Position numbers and translations under genes: made by a program. The notes beneath the pieces were generated by a model, which was given only the letters and a program-made list of their open reading frames with translations, was not told the DNA's origin and made no database searches. From the NCBI GenBank assembly GCA_965207075.1, contig CBDBLO010000002.1, positions 1,824,001 to 1,888,000 on the forward strand: DNA of 64,000 nucleotides. Direction: 5' to 3'. Positions 48,299-58,754 of the stretch are shown piece after piece; within the stretch, counting starts at the first letter, position 1; each line of letters begins with the position of its first letter. Source of the DNA: Nitrosopumilus sp. Lineage in GTDB: Archaea > Thermoproteota > Nitrososphaeria > Nitrososphaerales > Nitrosopumilaceae.

Positions 48299-50095
48299 TC
48301 ACGCATAGTAGAACCTCCCCTCCGTCTTCTGCGACTTGTCAAGCCTGCTGCCCGGCTTGTTGACGCGCGGCCGCATGCTCCTCTCATCCCGCCTAAACGA
48401 CATGTCAAGCGAGCTGAGAAATCGGTTCATTGCCTCCTTCTTGGGCATGGGCCCCGTCGCCTCCCCCCGGACGCCCGGCTCGCCGCCGAATATTATCATG
48501 CTGTCGGATATCAGGTCCATGAGCTGCAGGTCGTGGTCGATGATTATCGCGGACTTGCCAAACGACCTGACGAACTTTTGTATGAACTTTGCAAGCGCTA
48601 TCCTGTCCTCCACGTCAAGGAATGCAGACGGCTCGTCGAGCGCGTACAGGTCCACCTTCTGCAGCAGGCACGCGGCGACGGCCACCTTCTGCAGCTCGCC
48701 CCCCGAGAGGTGCGAGACGGCCTTGTTGTACAGCTTCTTGACGCGCAGCGGGTCGATGATCTGCTCCTCCTCCATGCTCCCCTCGATCGGATCCCCGTTT
48801 GCCTCAGACAGTAGGGATACGACCTCGGCGTCCGACGAGGAGCCCTGCAGGTACTGGGGCTTGTAGGCCAGCTTTATCTTCGAGTCCACCGCGCCGGAGT
48901 CGGGCCTCTCTGCGCCGGCAATCATCTTCATCATCGTGGTCTTGCCCAGCGCGTTTGCCCCCATCACCCCCAGGATCTCGCCCTTGCGGACCCGCCCCGG
49001 CTCCACGCTCACGGAGAACGACTCGTACCTCCTCTCAAGGCTTGGATAGGACACTATGACGTCGCCCGTCACGAACGCGTCGTCAGGCTGCGACGCGGAC
49101 GACGCGTCAAACGAGAACTTTTTGTCCCTGAACCTGACGTTCTCGGAGGGCAGGTACCCCTCAAGGAAGACGTTGACGCCCACCCTGGTCGAGAGCACGC
49201 TTGACACTATGCCGTACGCGGCGGGCTCCCCATAGACCACCTCGATGTAGTCGCTCAGAAAGTCAAGCAGCGTCAGGTCGTGCTCCACGACCATCACGCT
49301 CCTGCCGATCTTGGCCAGATCCTGTATGACCCTGGCCACGCCGATCCTCTGGAACACGTCGTTGTACGAGGAGGGCTCGTCGAAAAAGTAGAACTCGGCG
49401 TCCCTTGAGGCGGCGACTGCCACGGCCACCCGCTGCAGCTCGCCCCCGCTGAGCTCCGACAGCCTGTGGTCCACGGAGTTTGCGAGGTCCAGGTCCCGGA
49501 TCATCTGGCGCGCGACCCCGCGCTGGTCGTACTTTGCAATCAGCTCCGACGCCGTTCCCTCAAAGGCCGACGCCAGCATGCTGACCTGCTGCGGCTTGAT
49601 GGAGAACGCGGCGTCGCCGCGCATGATGCGCTCAAAGTGGCCCTTCAGCTCGGTGCCCCCGTAATACTTGAGTATCTCGTCCCACTGGGGCGGATCCTCG
49701 TACCTGCCCAGGTTGGGCATTATGTTTCCGGACAGTATGCCCACGATGGTGCTCTTTCCCATGCCGTTGCGGCCCAGCAGGCCCATCACCTCGCCCTTCC
49801 TTGGGACGGGCAGCCGGTACAGGCGGAACGAGTTGGGGCCGTACTGGTGGACCTTGTCGGACGCCAGCTCCTCGGCGAGGTTTACTATCGTGATGGCCTC
49901 AAACGGGCACACCTTGACGCATATGCCGCACCCGTTGCAGATGTCCTCGTCTATGCGGGCCTTTTTCGTGCCCTCCTCGTCCAGCGTGATGCAGTCGGCG
50001 CCGGACTTGTTGACGGGGCAGTACTTTATGCACTCCAGCCCGCACTTGCGCGGCTGGCAGAGGTCGGTGTCAAGGACGGCCACCCTGTGTGTCAT
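48299..50095 (-). CDS. rli1: Ribosome recycling ATPase Rli1/ABCE1
   Basis: N-terminal FeS cysteine clusters plus two ABC domains with LSGGELQ. Confidence 0.97.
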   Translation of the reverse strand: MTHRVAVLDTDLCQPRKCGLECIKYCPVNKSGADCITLDEEGTKKARIDEDICNGCGICVKVCPFEAITIVNLAEELASDKVHQYGPNSFRLYRLPVPRKGEVMGLLGRNGMGKSTIVGILSGNIMPNLGRYEDPPQWDEILKYYGGTELKGHFERIMRGDAAFSIKPQQVSMLASAFEGTASELIAKYDQRGVARQMIRDLDLANSVDHRLSELSGGELQRVAVAVAASRDAEFYFFDEPSSYNDVFQRIGVARVIQDLAKIGRSVMVVEHDLTLLDFLSDYIEVVYGEPAAYGIVSSVLSTRVGVNVFLEGYLPSENVRFRDKKFSFDASSASQPDDAFVTGDVIVSYPSLERRYESFSVSVEPGRVRKGEILGVMGANALGKTTMMKMIAGAERPDSGAVDSKIKLAYKPQYLQGSSSDAEVVSLLSEANGDPIEGSMEEEQIIDPLRVKKLYNKAVSHLSGGELQKVAVAACLLQKVDLYALDEPSAFLDVEDRIALAKFIQKFVRSFGKSAIIIDHDLQLMDLISDSMIIFGGEPGVRGEATGPMPKKEAMNRFLSSLDMSFRRDERSMRPRVNKPGSRLDKSQKTEGRFYYA

Positions 50096-50195
50096 GAACG
50101 TATGTGGAGCGGCCTCGCTTTATACCTGCGTGCGCCCACACGCGCCGCGGGACGGGATCCGTTACGTTAATAGGCAGGCGTCGGGTACGCGGGCC

Positions 50196-50312
50196 AAGCC
50201 GGCCATAGCGTCAGGGCGCGACCCAATCCCGTTCCGAACTTGGAAGTCAAACCTGATGTCGCTGTTGTGCTACTAAGATGCGAGAGCCCTTGGGAAGCAA
50301 CAGTGCTGGCAT
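50196..50312 (+). rRNA. rrf: 5S rRNA (stand-alone)
   Basis: 'GGCCATAGC', 'CCCGTTCCGAAC', 'GAAGTCAAACC', 'TACT..GATGCGAGAG'; termini GCCGGC/GCTGGC pair. Confidence 0.92.
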
Positions 50313-50416
50313 TTTCATTATCATCATTGCCACTGTCGCTGCAGCCATTGTCGTCGCCACCATTGTCGTTGCCACAAGGCACACGATTAATATCGGCCGC
50401 GCGCGCCGCGCATGCC

Positions 50417-50548
50417 ATGAGCCCCACGTGCTCCGTATGCGGCGAACGGTGCGACAACGATATCAGGCTGCTCAACCACATGATGGAAAAGCACGGCTGG
50501 AGAAACCCCAACGTGGGCAAGCCGGACAGGAACAGCCGCGGGTACTAG
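50417..50548 (+). CDS. 43-aa C2H2 zinc-finger microprotein
   Basis: C-x2-C-x12-H-x4-H (CSVC...H MMEK H); TTAATAT box at 50387-50393. Confidence 0.7.
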   Translation: MSPTCSVCGERCDNDIRLLNHMMEKHGWRNPNVGKPDRNSRGY

Positions 50549-50564
50549 TTGCGCGCAACAGAGC

Positions 50565-52313
50565 TCACTGCTCAAGAAGGTGATCCATTACGAGCCGCAG
50601 CCCGAACCCCGTGGCCCCCTTTGACTTGTAGGAGCGCGACTTTGTGGACGTCTGCGTCCAGGCCACCCCGGCTATGTCCAGGTGCACCCACGGAGTGTCC
50701 TCTATCGCGTTCCTCAGAAAGGCGGCCGCCACAATGGTGCCCGCGGCCCTACCGATCCCCATGTTCCTCATGTCGGCCACGGGCGACTTTATCATGTCCA
50801 TATAGTTCTGGTTAAGCGGGAGCTCCCATACTGACTCGGAGGTGCGCGCGGCAGACTGCCTGATTGCATCTGCCAGGCCTGAATCGTTTGAGACCATTCC
50901 CGCCACGTCGTTTCCCAGCGCGACGATGCACGCACCGGTCAGCGTGGCAAAGTCGATTATCTCCCGGGGCTTGTGGTGGCGCTCCCCGTATGCAAGGGCG
51001 TCTGCGAGGATGAGCCTGCCCTCCGCATCCGTGTTCAGTATCTCCGCAGTCTTGCCGCTGTACAGCTGTATGATGTCGCCGGGCCTGTACGACTCGCCGC
51101 CGGGCATGTTCTCCACCGCGGGAACTATGCACACGATGTCGGTTTTTAGCCGCAGCTTGGCGGCCGTCCTGATTATGCCAAGGACGGTGCAGCCGCCGCA
51201 CTTGTCAAACTTCATCTCGTCCATGCTGGCCCCCGGCTTGAGCGATATCCCGCCCGTGTCAAACGTGACGGCCTTGCCAACCAGAACAATCGGCCCGGTG
51301 GCAGAAGAGGCCCGACCGCTCCGGCGGCCCGGGGCGCCCCTGTACTCGAGTATTATCAGTTTGGGTTCGTTCTTGCTGCCCTGCCCCACCGCCGTGATGC
51401 CCCCAAAGCCGCGCCTCTTGAGGGCGCCCTTTGACACCACGGTGCACTTGAGGCGGCTGTCCTTTCTGGCGATCCCGCGCGCAATGTCGGCAAGTGTCTG
51501 GGGGGTGCACTCGTTCGGGGGCAGGTTTGCCACGCTGCGCACGAACAGGTTGCCGTCGGATACCACAGAGGATGTCCGTACTGCCTTCGATACGTCGTCA
51601 AGCGTCTCCCCCTTCTTCTTCTTTGGCGGGCCGTCGCACACTATGACCAGGTCGGGGCCTGCCGCGTCCCCGGCCGAGAGCACCTCGGAGACCAGCCCCG
51701 ATCTGGTGACGGGCGGGGAGTAGCCGCGAGTCGCGCCCCCGCGGTTCGGTCCGCTGTGCGCTCCATTGCTGCTACTACCGCCCTCTGCGCCATATCCGAA
51801 ACTGCCGTCGCCGTCGTCACCGACGTCACAGTCGTCATCGCCTGCGCCCTTGAACCTGTCAAACTTGTATGTGGCCATCTTCGATCCCTCCACAATGGCA
51901 GAGGCGGTCCCGGCCTGCGTGGAACCGGCTCCAAGCCACGGCACCACGACGGCAAACTCCCCGAGCTTTAGCTCTGCTGCCTTTTTTGCAATCTTTCCGG
52001 ACACGTGGCGCACCGCGTCGTACGTGGCGTCCTTGCGGCTTCCAAGCCCCGCGACAAGCAGGCGCCTTGCCGGCCTTCTGGACGGGACCGGAATCACGGC
52101 AATCCGGCCCTGCTTGCCTGCCACGTCCCGGGCAGTCTGTCTCAGGGCCGATGCAAGATCCTTGTCAGATACAGCATTGTCGTGCCCGCCCGCGCTCACA
52201 AAGCGGGGCAGTCCCTTGTCATCAGAGAACGCAAACCCGCACAACATCTCAACTCCGGGCTTTGCGGATCCAGATACCCTTACCTTCACACCAGACGGAC
52301 CCGGTACGGCCAT
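50565..52313 (-). CDS. pepA: Leucyl aminopeptidase (M17)
   Basis: 'VGKAVTFDTGG', 'MKFDK', 'NTDAEGRL', 'ATLTGA'. Confidence 0.95.
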   Translation of the reverse strand: MAVPGPSGVKVRVSGSAKPGVEMLCGFAFSDDKGLPRFVSAGGHDNAVSDKDLASALRQTARDVAGKQGRIAVIPVPSRRPARRLLVAGLGSRKDATYDAVRHVSGKIAKKAAELKLGEFAVVVPWLGAGSTQAGTASAIVEGSKMATYKFDRFKGAGDDDCDVGDDGDGSFGYGAEGGSSSNGAHSGPNRGGATRGYSPPVTRSGLVSEVLSAGDAAGPDLVIVCDGPPKKKKGETLDDVSKAVRTSSVVSDGNLFVRSVANLPPNECTPQTLADIARGIARKDSRLKCTVVSKGALKRRGFGGITAVGQGSKNEPKLIILEYRGAPGRRSGRASSATGPIVLVGKAVTFDTGGISLKPGASMDEMKFDKCGGCTVLGIIRTAAKLRLKTDIVCIVPAVENMPGGESYRPGDIIQLYSGKTAEILNTDAEGRLILADALAYGERHHKPREIIDFATLTGACIVALGNDVAGMVSNDSGLADAIRQSAARTSESVWELPLNQNYMDMIKSPVADMRNMGIGRAAGTIVAAAFLRNAIEDTPWVHLDIAGVAWTQTSTKSRSYKSKGATGFGLRLVMDHLLEQ

Positions 52314-52435
52314 TTTAGATGTTACGCATACGCCATGGACGCGGCATTATTGCCGCGGGGGGTGCGGCGCCGCGCTTGCAGCCGGTGATCAGGCGGGGGC
52401 CCCGTTGCCTCCATCGCCCACGCCGCGCAAAAAGA

Positions 52436-52933
52436 TCAGTTCATCTCAAGGGACATCAGGTACGCGTCTTCCCCGTCCTTGTAGTACGCGCCAAGCCTCT
52501 GCCGAACCTCAAAGCCGAGATCCTCGTACAGCTTCACGGCTCCGGTGTTGCTGCACCGCACCTCCAGGTAGAACTCGTCGCACCCGCGCATGGCGATGCC
52601 CTTTGTGGCCTCCTCGACCAGGGCCCGCCCGATCCCGCCCCTGCGGTACCGGTCAAGCACGGCGACTGATACCATGTGCCCCTTCTTGACAAAGCCCAGC
52701 CTCTTAAAGTTGGAGAAGCCGTGCTCGATCTTGCACATGATGTACCCGACGTGGCGGCCGTCGGCCTCGGCCACCAGGAAGGCCTCCGGCAGTTCCGAGA
52801 GTATGGCCTCGTAGAAATAGTCCGAGTAGTGCTCCGGCAGCGTCCGCAGGTTGACCTCCATCACGGGGACTATGTCAGATACGTCGGCCCTTCGTATGCT
52901 ACAGCCTCCCACGCTCCTGAGGATCACCTGCAT
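52436..52933 (-). CDS. N-terminal acetyltransferase (RimI/Ard1 type)
   Basis: 'LPEHY', 'SVAV...RR.GIG', 'LEVR.SN', 'YYKDGEDAY'. Confidence 0.92.
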   Translation of the reverse strand: MQVILRSVGGCSIRRADVSDIVPVMEVNLRTLPEHYSDYFYEAILSELPEAFLVAEADGRHVGYIMCKIEHGFSNFKRLGFVKKGHMVSVAVLDRYRRGGIGRALVEEATKGIAMRGCDEFYLEVRCSNTGAVKLYEDLGFEVRQRLGAYYKDGEDAYLMSLEMN

Positions 52934-53018
52934 GCGCGCAAATTGGCGGCGACGATATTTAATTCAAGTCCGCTGCGGCAAGCAAGAGACAATAAGAGCC
53001 GCACCGCCCACAGTTGAC

Positions 53019-54128
53019 ATGGACGGGGAGGACGGGCCGCACGCGGACGTCATACAGATGGTGCACTCCGCGTTTATGGTCGACTCGATGACAAAGACGG
53101 AGTTTTCCCTCGAGTTCAGCATAAGCGACATTGCAGTAAGGGAGAAATTCGAGGGGCTGGCCAAGGCGCTGGAAGGCACCGGATACGTCGCAAGGCTGGT
53201 CGAGTCGGGCGGCTCACGGCACATCATCGTGCAAAAGTTCTACAAAAAGGAGAAAGGCGGCAGGATGCTCAACTCGTCGTGGACGCCGCGGCTGCTCTTC
53301 GGCGTCGTGGTCACGTTCGTGATGATCGACGGGTTCTACCGCACGGCCGGCACCAACACCGTAATCGAGATAGGCGACCCGCTCAGCATGGCGGTCATAT
53401 ACACGCTGGCGCTGCTCGGCATACTCGGGGTGCACGAGGCAGGACATCTCGTCGCCGCGCGCATGCACGGCCTGAAGACGACGTGGCCCTACTTTATACC
53501 GGGGCTGCCGGTGATCGGAATCCCAACGTTTGGCGCGTTCATCCAGTCAAGAGGCCTGACGATAAACCGCCCCATACTCTTTGACGTGGCGATAGCGGGC
53601 CCCGTGGCCGGACTCGTAGTCGCCGTCATGGTGTCCGTGTACGGCGCGTACACGGCCCCTGTCATAGCAGATGACGTGGCCGCCGGCCTCTTCGAGTCCA
53701 ACGCGCTCGGCGAGTGGAACCTGGGCGAGCCCCTACTGATGACGGCAAGCCTGGCCGCGTTCGGCAAGGGGGTCGAGGGCGGGGAGGTGATAATGACGCC
53801 CATACTGTTTGCGGCGTGGATAGGGTTCCTGATCACGTTTCTCAACCTGCTGCCCGCATGGCAGCTCGACGGGGGGCACATGGCAAGGACGCTGATGGGC
53901 CAAAAGGTACACAGGTACGCCACCTACGGGAGCCTCGCGGTGCTCGTCATACTGGGATACTGGATAATGGCGGTGCTGATACTGTTCATGAGTTCGCGCA
54001 ACCCGAGCGCCAGCCCCCTGGACGACGTGTCGGAACTCCCGTCCAACAGAAAGGTGGCATACCTGGGGATAGTGGCGCTCGCGGTACTGTGCGCCCCGAT
54101 CCCGTCCGGCATCCCGCTCCTACCTTAG
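53019..54128 (+). CDS. Site-2 (M50) membrane metalloprotease
   Basis: HEAGH, 'IAGP', 'NLLPAWQLDGGH'. Confidence 0.93.
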   Translation: MDGEDGPHADVIQMVHSAFMVDSMTKTEFSLEFSISDIAVREKFEGLAKALEGTGYVARLVESGGSRHIIVQKFYKKEKGGRMLNSSWTPRLLFGVVVTFVMIDGFYRTAGTNTVIEIGDPLSMAVIYTLALLGILGVHEAGHLVAARMHGLKTTWPYFIPGLPVIGIPTFGAFIQSRGLTINRPILFDVAIAGPVAGLVVAVMVSVYGAYTAPVIADDVAAGLFESNALGEWNLGEPLLMTASLAAFGKGVEGGEVIMTPILFAAWIGFLITFLNLLPAWQLDGGHMARTLMGQKVHRYATYGSLAVLVILGYWIMAVLILFMSSRNPSASPLDDVSELPSNRKVAYLGIVALAVLCAPIPSGIPLLP

Positions 54129-55742
54129 CAGCAGGCGCGACCCGTCCATAACGACTGAGGCCTTTTGCCGCGCGCCCTGCGTCTTTTTGAGGTACGCGAC
54201 GGACTCCTGCATGCCCCCAAGCGAGACCAGCCCGAGCCTCTTGGTGTACATCTCCGGCAGCACCGAGACGAGCGCGACCTGGCACCGCTTCTGCACCTCC
54301 TGCAGGAACAGCAGCTCCTCCATGCCGTCCACGTATGTGGACGGGTTGGGGAGCTCCTCCGGCTGCAGCCTCCCCTCCACGCGCATCCGGATCGCGTCCG
54401 GTCCCAGGCCGCGCGCGCACTCGGCCACCAGCACGAGCAACCCGCGGTCGCGCACCGCCTGGTGGCAGTTCCACACAGAGGAGAGGGCGTCGCCGAGCGT
54501 GGCGTTGCTTGACGCCTTGCCCGTGCTTGCAATCAGGGTCTTTTGCCGCTCCACGTCCAGCATAAAGCCGGACTCGAGTGACGCGGAGGCCTTTGCGGCG
54601 GTTTCAGACGGGTGCCCGGTGAAGATGTCCGATATGCCGCCCGAGCTTGCCACTATGTCGATCCCGCCTATCTCGAACCGGTCGGCAAACTTTACCGCCT
54701 CTGCAAAGCTTCCAGTCCGGCGGCCCGGCGACGGCATGTTTCCGTCGCGCTTTGCATACGCGGCAAGCATCTCGTCGGATCCGAACCGGCGAAGCAGCCG
54801 GGTCGACACGGTCTCGTACCCGAACAGTCCGTCAAACTCGGCCTCGGCCACAAAGATCAGGTTGCGTTTTTTCCCGGCCGCGTCTCCTGCGCTGCCGTCG
54901 CCGCTGCTGACGTTGTCGCCGCCGCCGGCATGGCCATGCCCGCCTCCGATCACATCAGCAGAGAACTCGGCCGCCACGCTTCCCTCCGGCAGTCCGGGCT
55001 TTATGGCAGGCAGGACGTCCCGGTCGGCCAATATGCCTGGAAACTGGGCCGCCCGCTGCTCGCACATCATAAACACGGAGGACACCACCTGCCGCACCGC
55101 CTGCGAGTCGTGCAGCAGGACCAGATCGAAGGGTCTTGCCACGTCGATGTCACGTAGGATATCGGAAATCTCGCCGGACTCTAGCTGGCGCGGAGCGGAG
55201 ATGTGGTCTCTTGCGCGCGCCATGCGGGGGGCGACTGTAGTGGTGGTGTCGACGACAGAAACGCCATCGTACGCTTTGTCGCCGGCGTCGCTGTCACTGG
55301 CATTGTCATCGGTACCATCAATACTGCTGCCGCCAGCGCCTGCGCGGCCGTCGGCGTCGCTGTCAGGCAGGGCGTCGGCTCCGACGTTGTTGTCGGCGGC
55401 GGGTTCAGCAGGCGTGCCGCCGTCCGAACCGATGTCACCGTGACCCGTGCCGTCCCCATCACCGCTACCGGTATAGCCGTTATCCCCGCCGCCCTCAGCG
55501 GCGGTATCTCCGCCGCCGCCGCCGTTACCATCGCCATCACCATCATCATCACCGCCGCCACCGCCACCATCATCTCCAGCGGAGTCAGGCGGCATCACCG
55601 ACTCCCCGCCAAGGCTTCCGACCTTGCTTACCATGCTGTTGTCGCTGCCGCTGCCGCCCGAATTGATCGTCTCCTCCAAGTTCTCGGCCATTATCTCCAG
55701 GACCACCTCCGTCGCCCCGTAATTGAGCCATATCTCGGGCAT
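54120..55742 (-). CDS. LarA/DUF2088-like protein with large G/D-rich insertion
   Basis: 'MPEIWLNYG' N-terminus, 'GLLVLVAECARGLG' C-terminal motif; family call tentative. Confidence 0.6.
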   Translation of the reverse strand: MPEIWLNYGATEVVLEIMAENLEETINSGGSGSDNSMVSKVGSLGGESVMPPDSAGDDGGGGGGDDDGDGDGNGGGGGDTAAEGGGDNGYTGSGDGDGTGHGDIGSDGGTPAEPAADNNVGADALPDSDADGRAGAGGSSIDGTDDNASDSDAGDKAYDGVSVVDTTTTVAPRMARARDHISAPRQLESGEISDILRDIDVARPFDLVLLHDSQAVRQVVSSVFMMCEQRAAQFPGILADRDVLPAIKPGLPEGSVAAEFSADVIGGGHGHAGGGDNVSSGDGSAGDAAGKKRNLIFVAEAEFDGLFGYETVSTRLLRRFGSDEMLAAYAKRDGNMPSPGRRTGSFAEAVKFADRFEIGGIDIVASSGGISDIFTGHPSETAAKASASLESGFMLDVERQKTLIASTGKASSNATLGDALSSVWNCHQAVRDRGLLVLVAECARGLGPDAIRMRVEGRLQPEELPNPSTYVDGMEELLFLQEVQKRCQVALVSVLPEMYTKRLGLVSLGGMQESVAYLKKTQGARQKASVVMDGSRLLLR

Positions 55743-55996
55743 GGCTAAATGCGGCACATGCTAAAATAAATCTCTGCGGTTGGGACGTCCCACGGCACAC
55801 AACCACGCCGGTGCCCGTCCGTATAGCAGCCTGCTCAGACAAATGCCTTTACATCATCATCTCAGACATAACTCTGATTCTTCATCGCGGCCGTCGTGCC
55901 TGCGCATAGCCGTCTTAAAAGACTAATCATGCGCGCGGTGCGGCCAAGCCGCCAAGACGCGCCGCGCATATGCGAGTCCGGATCGTCATAATTGAG

Positions 55997-56070
55997 TGGG
56001 CCCGAAGGGCTTCGATCCCATGGCTCACCGGTTATGAGCCGGTTACTCTACCAAGCTGAGTTACGGGCCC
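55997..56070 (-). tRNA. tRNA-Ile2(CAT) (or elongator Met)
   Basis: GGGCCCG/CGGGCCC-A acceptor stem, ACCGG-CTCATAA-CCGGT anticodon arm; lacks initiator A1-U72. Confidence 0.88.
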
Positions 56071-56292
56071 CCAAGCAGAGACCCGCGCATGGGGTATAAA
56101 ACGTTGTGAAAGGCCCCACAGCAAACGGCCATCATCGCGCGGATTCAGGCACGGCTCAAAAGAGACAGGCAGAATAAGCCAAGCTCACGTACCGAAAGAG
56201 GTTGATCCCGGCGACCCCGGCCGGAGGAGAGGATATATCCAGCCACCGGATCTGGACAAAGTCTTTACTAGTAAAACGGCACATGCATTCCA

Positions 56293-58272
56293 ATGGACAG
56301 AGTGGCTCTTCCCGCGTTGCTGCTTGTCCTGGTTGCCGGCATGGCTGCCATTCCTGCGCTGGCAGATACTCCCACGCCCCTGGCCCAGTATAACTCCGGA
56401 GTACCGATAGACGAGATACAGTGCAGGGACTCGAGGATACTGATGGAGACGCCGAGGGGCGTGCCGGCGTGCCTCTATGAGAAGTCTGCAGAAGCACTGC
56501 AGCAGCGGGGGTGGGTCCCGGTACAGACGGCGCAAGACGACCCCGCCGACAACACGTCCGTTGAAAAGCCACCAGGCAAGCCATCCAGCCTTTACAACCA
56601 GGCCAGGTTCAACTCGGACACGTGGAACGAACAGCCAGAGAGGATGCTAGAGGAAGGTTCTAGCGGCCTGCAAAGCTCCCCGTCGTCCCCGAGCCTTCAG
56701 AGGCAATCGGCAGGCATCGGTTTCACGGCGGGGGGCGCGCAGGACGTTGAGAACTTTAGGAAGAACGTGGAAAATGACTTTCTCCCACTCCACACTGACA
56801 TCACATACGAGGGCCTGTTCAGTGACTATTACTTTGATACCGGCGCAGTGCAGCAATGCGAGAAACTGTTCTGCCCGTCGTACAGCTACGCAATCTCGCA
56901 GGATCCACTCTCAGAAAAGGACGAATACTACCTGTCAGTCGGGCTGAACTCCGGAATAAGAGAATCCGACTTTGAGAGGAAAAAACTCAACCTGGTCGTG
57001 GTTCTAGACGTCTCGGGATCGATGCAGAGCCCATTCGACAGGTACTATTATGACCAGCTTGGGAACCAGATTGAGCGTCCGGGTGCGCCAGGGGACGACT
57101 TTGACAAGGCAAAAATCAACGTTGCCACAGAATCCATTGCCGGGATGATCGACCACCTGAGGGATGATGACAGGCTCGGCGTGGTGCTCTTTGAGAATGT
57201 CGCCCACATCGCAAAGCCGCTAGAAAGCATGGGGGCAGCCGACCGCGATCGGCTGAAGAAGAACATCCTGACCATTCGTGCAGACGGGGGGACAAACATG
57301 GAGGCGGGAATCAGGTCGGGCACATCGCTCTTTGAGGGGGTGCGGGGTGCGGATCCGGACGAGTATGAGAGCAGGATAATCTTCCTCACAGACGCAATGC
57401 CGAACACCGACATGGTCAGCGAGTTCGGGCTGTTTGGCATGATTGAGAAGAATGCACGGAAGGGCATCCACGCCACCGTGATAGGGATCGGCGTGGACTT
57501 TAACACGGAGTTGGTGGAGCACATCACCAAGGTCGGCGGAGCCAACTATTACTCCATACATTCGTCCTCGTCATTCCTGGACAGGATGACTGACGAGTTT
57601 GAATTCATGGTCACGCCGCTAGTCTTCGACCTTGTCCTGAGACTAGAGTCGGACGGGTACTCGATAGGGCAGGTATACGGATCCCCGGAGGCGGATCTGG
57701 CCACGGGGGAGATAATGAGGATAAACACGCTGTTCCCGTCAAAGGTCAAGGACGGTCAGACAAAGGGCGGCATAGTGCTGCTCAAGCTGGAAAAAACATC
57801 CAGTGACGCGTCCATCACTCTGGATACGAGCTACCAGGACAGGGCAGGCAGGACGGGCGGGGACTCCGTCACGTTTGAGCTTGAGGATCGCGGCGCCGGG
57901 TTTTACGAGAACACGGGAATCCGGAAGGGAGTCCTCCTTGCAAAGTATGCAGAACTCGTCAAGACGTGGGCCTTTGAGGAGAGGGCGTCCTACGCGCACT
58001 CCCAGGGATCCGAGGTTGCAGGCTACCCGTTTTATGAGGACGGAATGCCGCCGTTCCTGTCCGAAGGGATCCGCGTGCCACACCATGTCGGCAGTGTACC
58101 GCTGGGGCAGTGGGAGAGGCAGTCCATTCCGCTGATCGTGTCCGGCGACTATCAGGCGATAATGGGGCAGTTTGGAAGCCACTTTGAGATGGAGATGAAT
58201 GCAATCGGGGATCCGGAGCTGGAGCAGGAACTCGAGATACTGCGCAAGCTGGAAGGACGGCCGTCTGGGTGA
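56293..58272 (+). CDS. Secreted von Willebrand factor A domain protein
   Basis: Signal peptide; MIDAS 'LDVSGSM', 'GGTN', 'FLTD'. Confidence 0.9.
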   Translation: MDRVALPALLLVLVAGMAAIPALADTPTPLAQYNSGVPIDEIQCRDSRILMETPRGVPACLYEKSAEALQQRGWVPVQTAQDDPADNTSVEKPPGKPSSLYNQARFNSDTWNEQPERMLEEGSSGLQSSPSSPSLQRQSAGIGFTAGGAQDVENFRKNVENDFLPLHTDITYEGLFSDYYFDTGAVQQCEKLFCPSYSYAISQDPLSEKDEYYLSVGLNSGIRESDFERKKLNLVVVLDVSGSMQSPFDRYYYDQLGNQIERPGAPGDDFDKAKINVATESIAGMIDHLRDDDRLGVVLFENVAHIAKPLESMGAADRDRLKKNILTIRADGGTNMEAGIRSGTSLFEGVRGADPDEYESRIIFLTDAMPNTDMVSEFGLFGMIEKNARKGIHATVIGIGVDFNTELVEHITKVGGANYYSIHSSSSFLDRMTDEFEFMVTPLVFDLVLRLESDGYSIGQVYGSPEADLATGEIMRINTLFPSKVKDGQTKGGIVLLKLEKTSSDASITLDTSYQDRAGRTGGDSVTFELEDRGAGFYENTGIRKGVLLAKYAELVKTWAFEERASYAHSQGSEVAGYPFYEDGMPPFLSEGIRVPHHVGSVPLGQWERQSIPLIVSGDYQAIMGQFGSHFEMEMNAIGDPELEQELEILRKLEGRPSG

Positions 58273-58754
58273 CACAGGCCCAAATCCAAGCCGGTCAATC
58301 CAGCCCGGAAAAAACAGATTCTTTTGCGCTAATCGTTGGTAACTGGCAGGCATCTTGCAGGTGTGAAAAGGAGTCATCGCACGTTTTGTCAAAAAACATT
58401 CACTTGTTAGCGGGGAGGTTGTCGACACGCGTTAACGCATGCATGACGCGAGATCCCATCTGACAACCAGATGAAGGAATCAAAGCACCAGCAGCAGCAG
58501 CAGGAAGTCTCAGACTAGATTTAACATGGATCAAGCGGATTTAAGCGCGCAGCCGGAATGCACCCAGTCAGGCGGCTTTAAAATATCCCATGCATGGCAA
58601 GTGCACGCCGGCGCGCACCGTGTCCGGATTGCCAATTATAGTGTAGAGTTTGAACGGGACTTGTCAGTGGAACTGGCAGCATGGTGGCCTGACGGATCTT
58701 CCCAGGGACGAGGACCTTCGTCTGGCAACAAGTAAAAGCTGCCGACGTGGGCAA

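Noticed and set aside
50240-50416. Upstream extension of the zinc-finger ORF
   Set aside because: Overlaps the 5S rRNA and a triplet microsatellite
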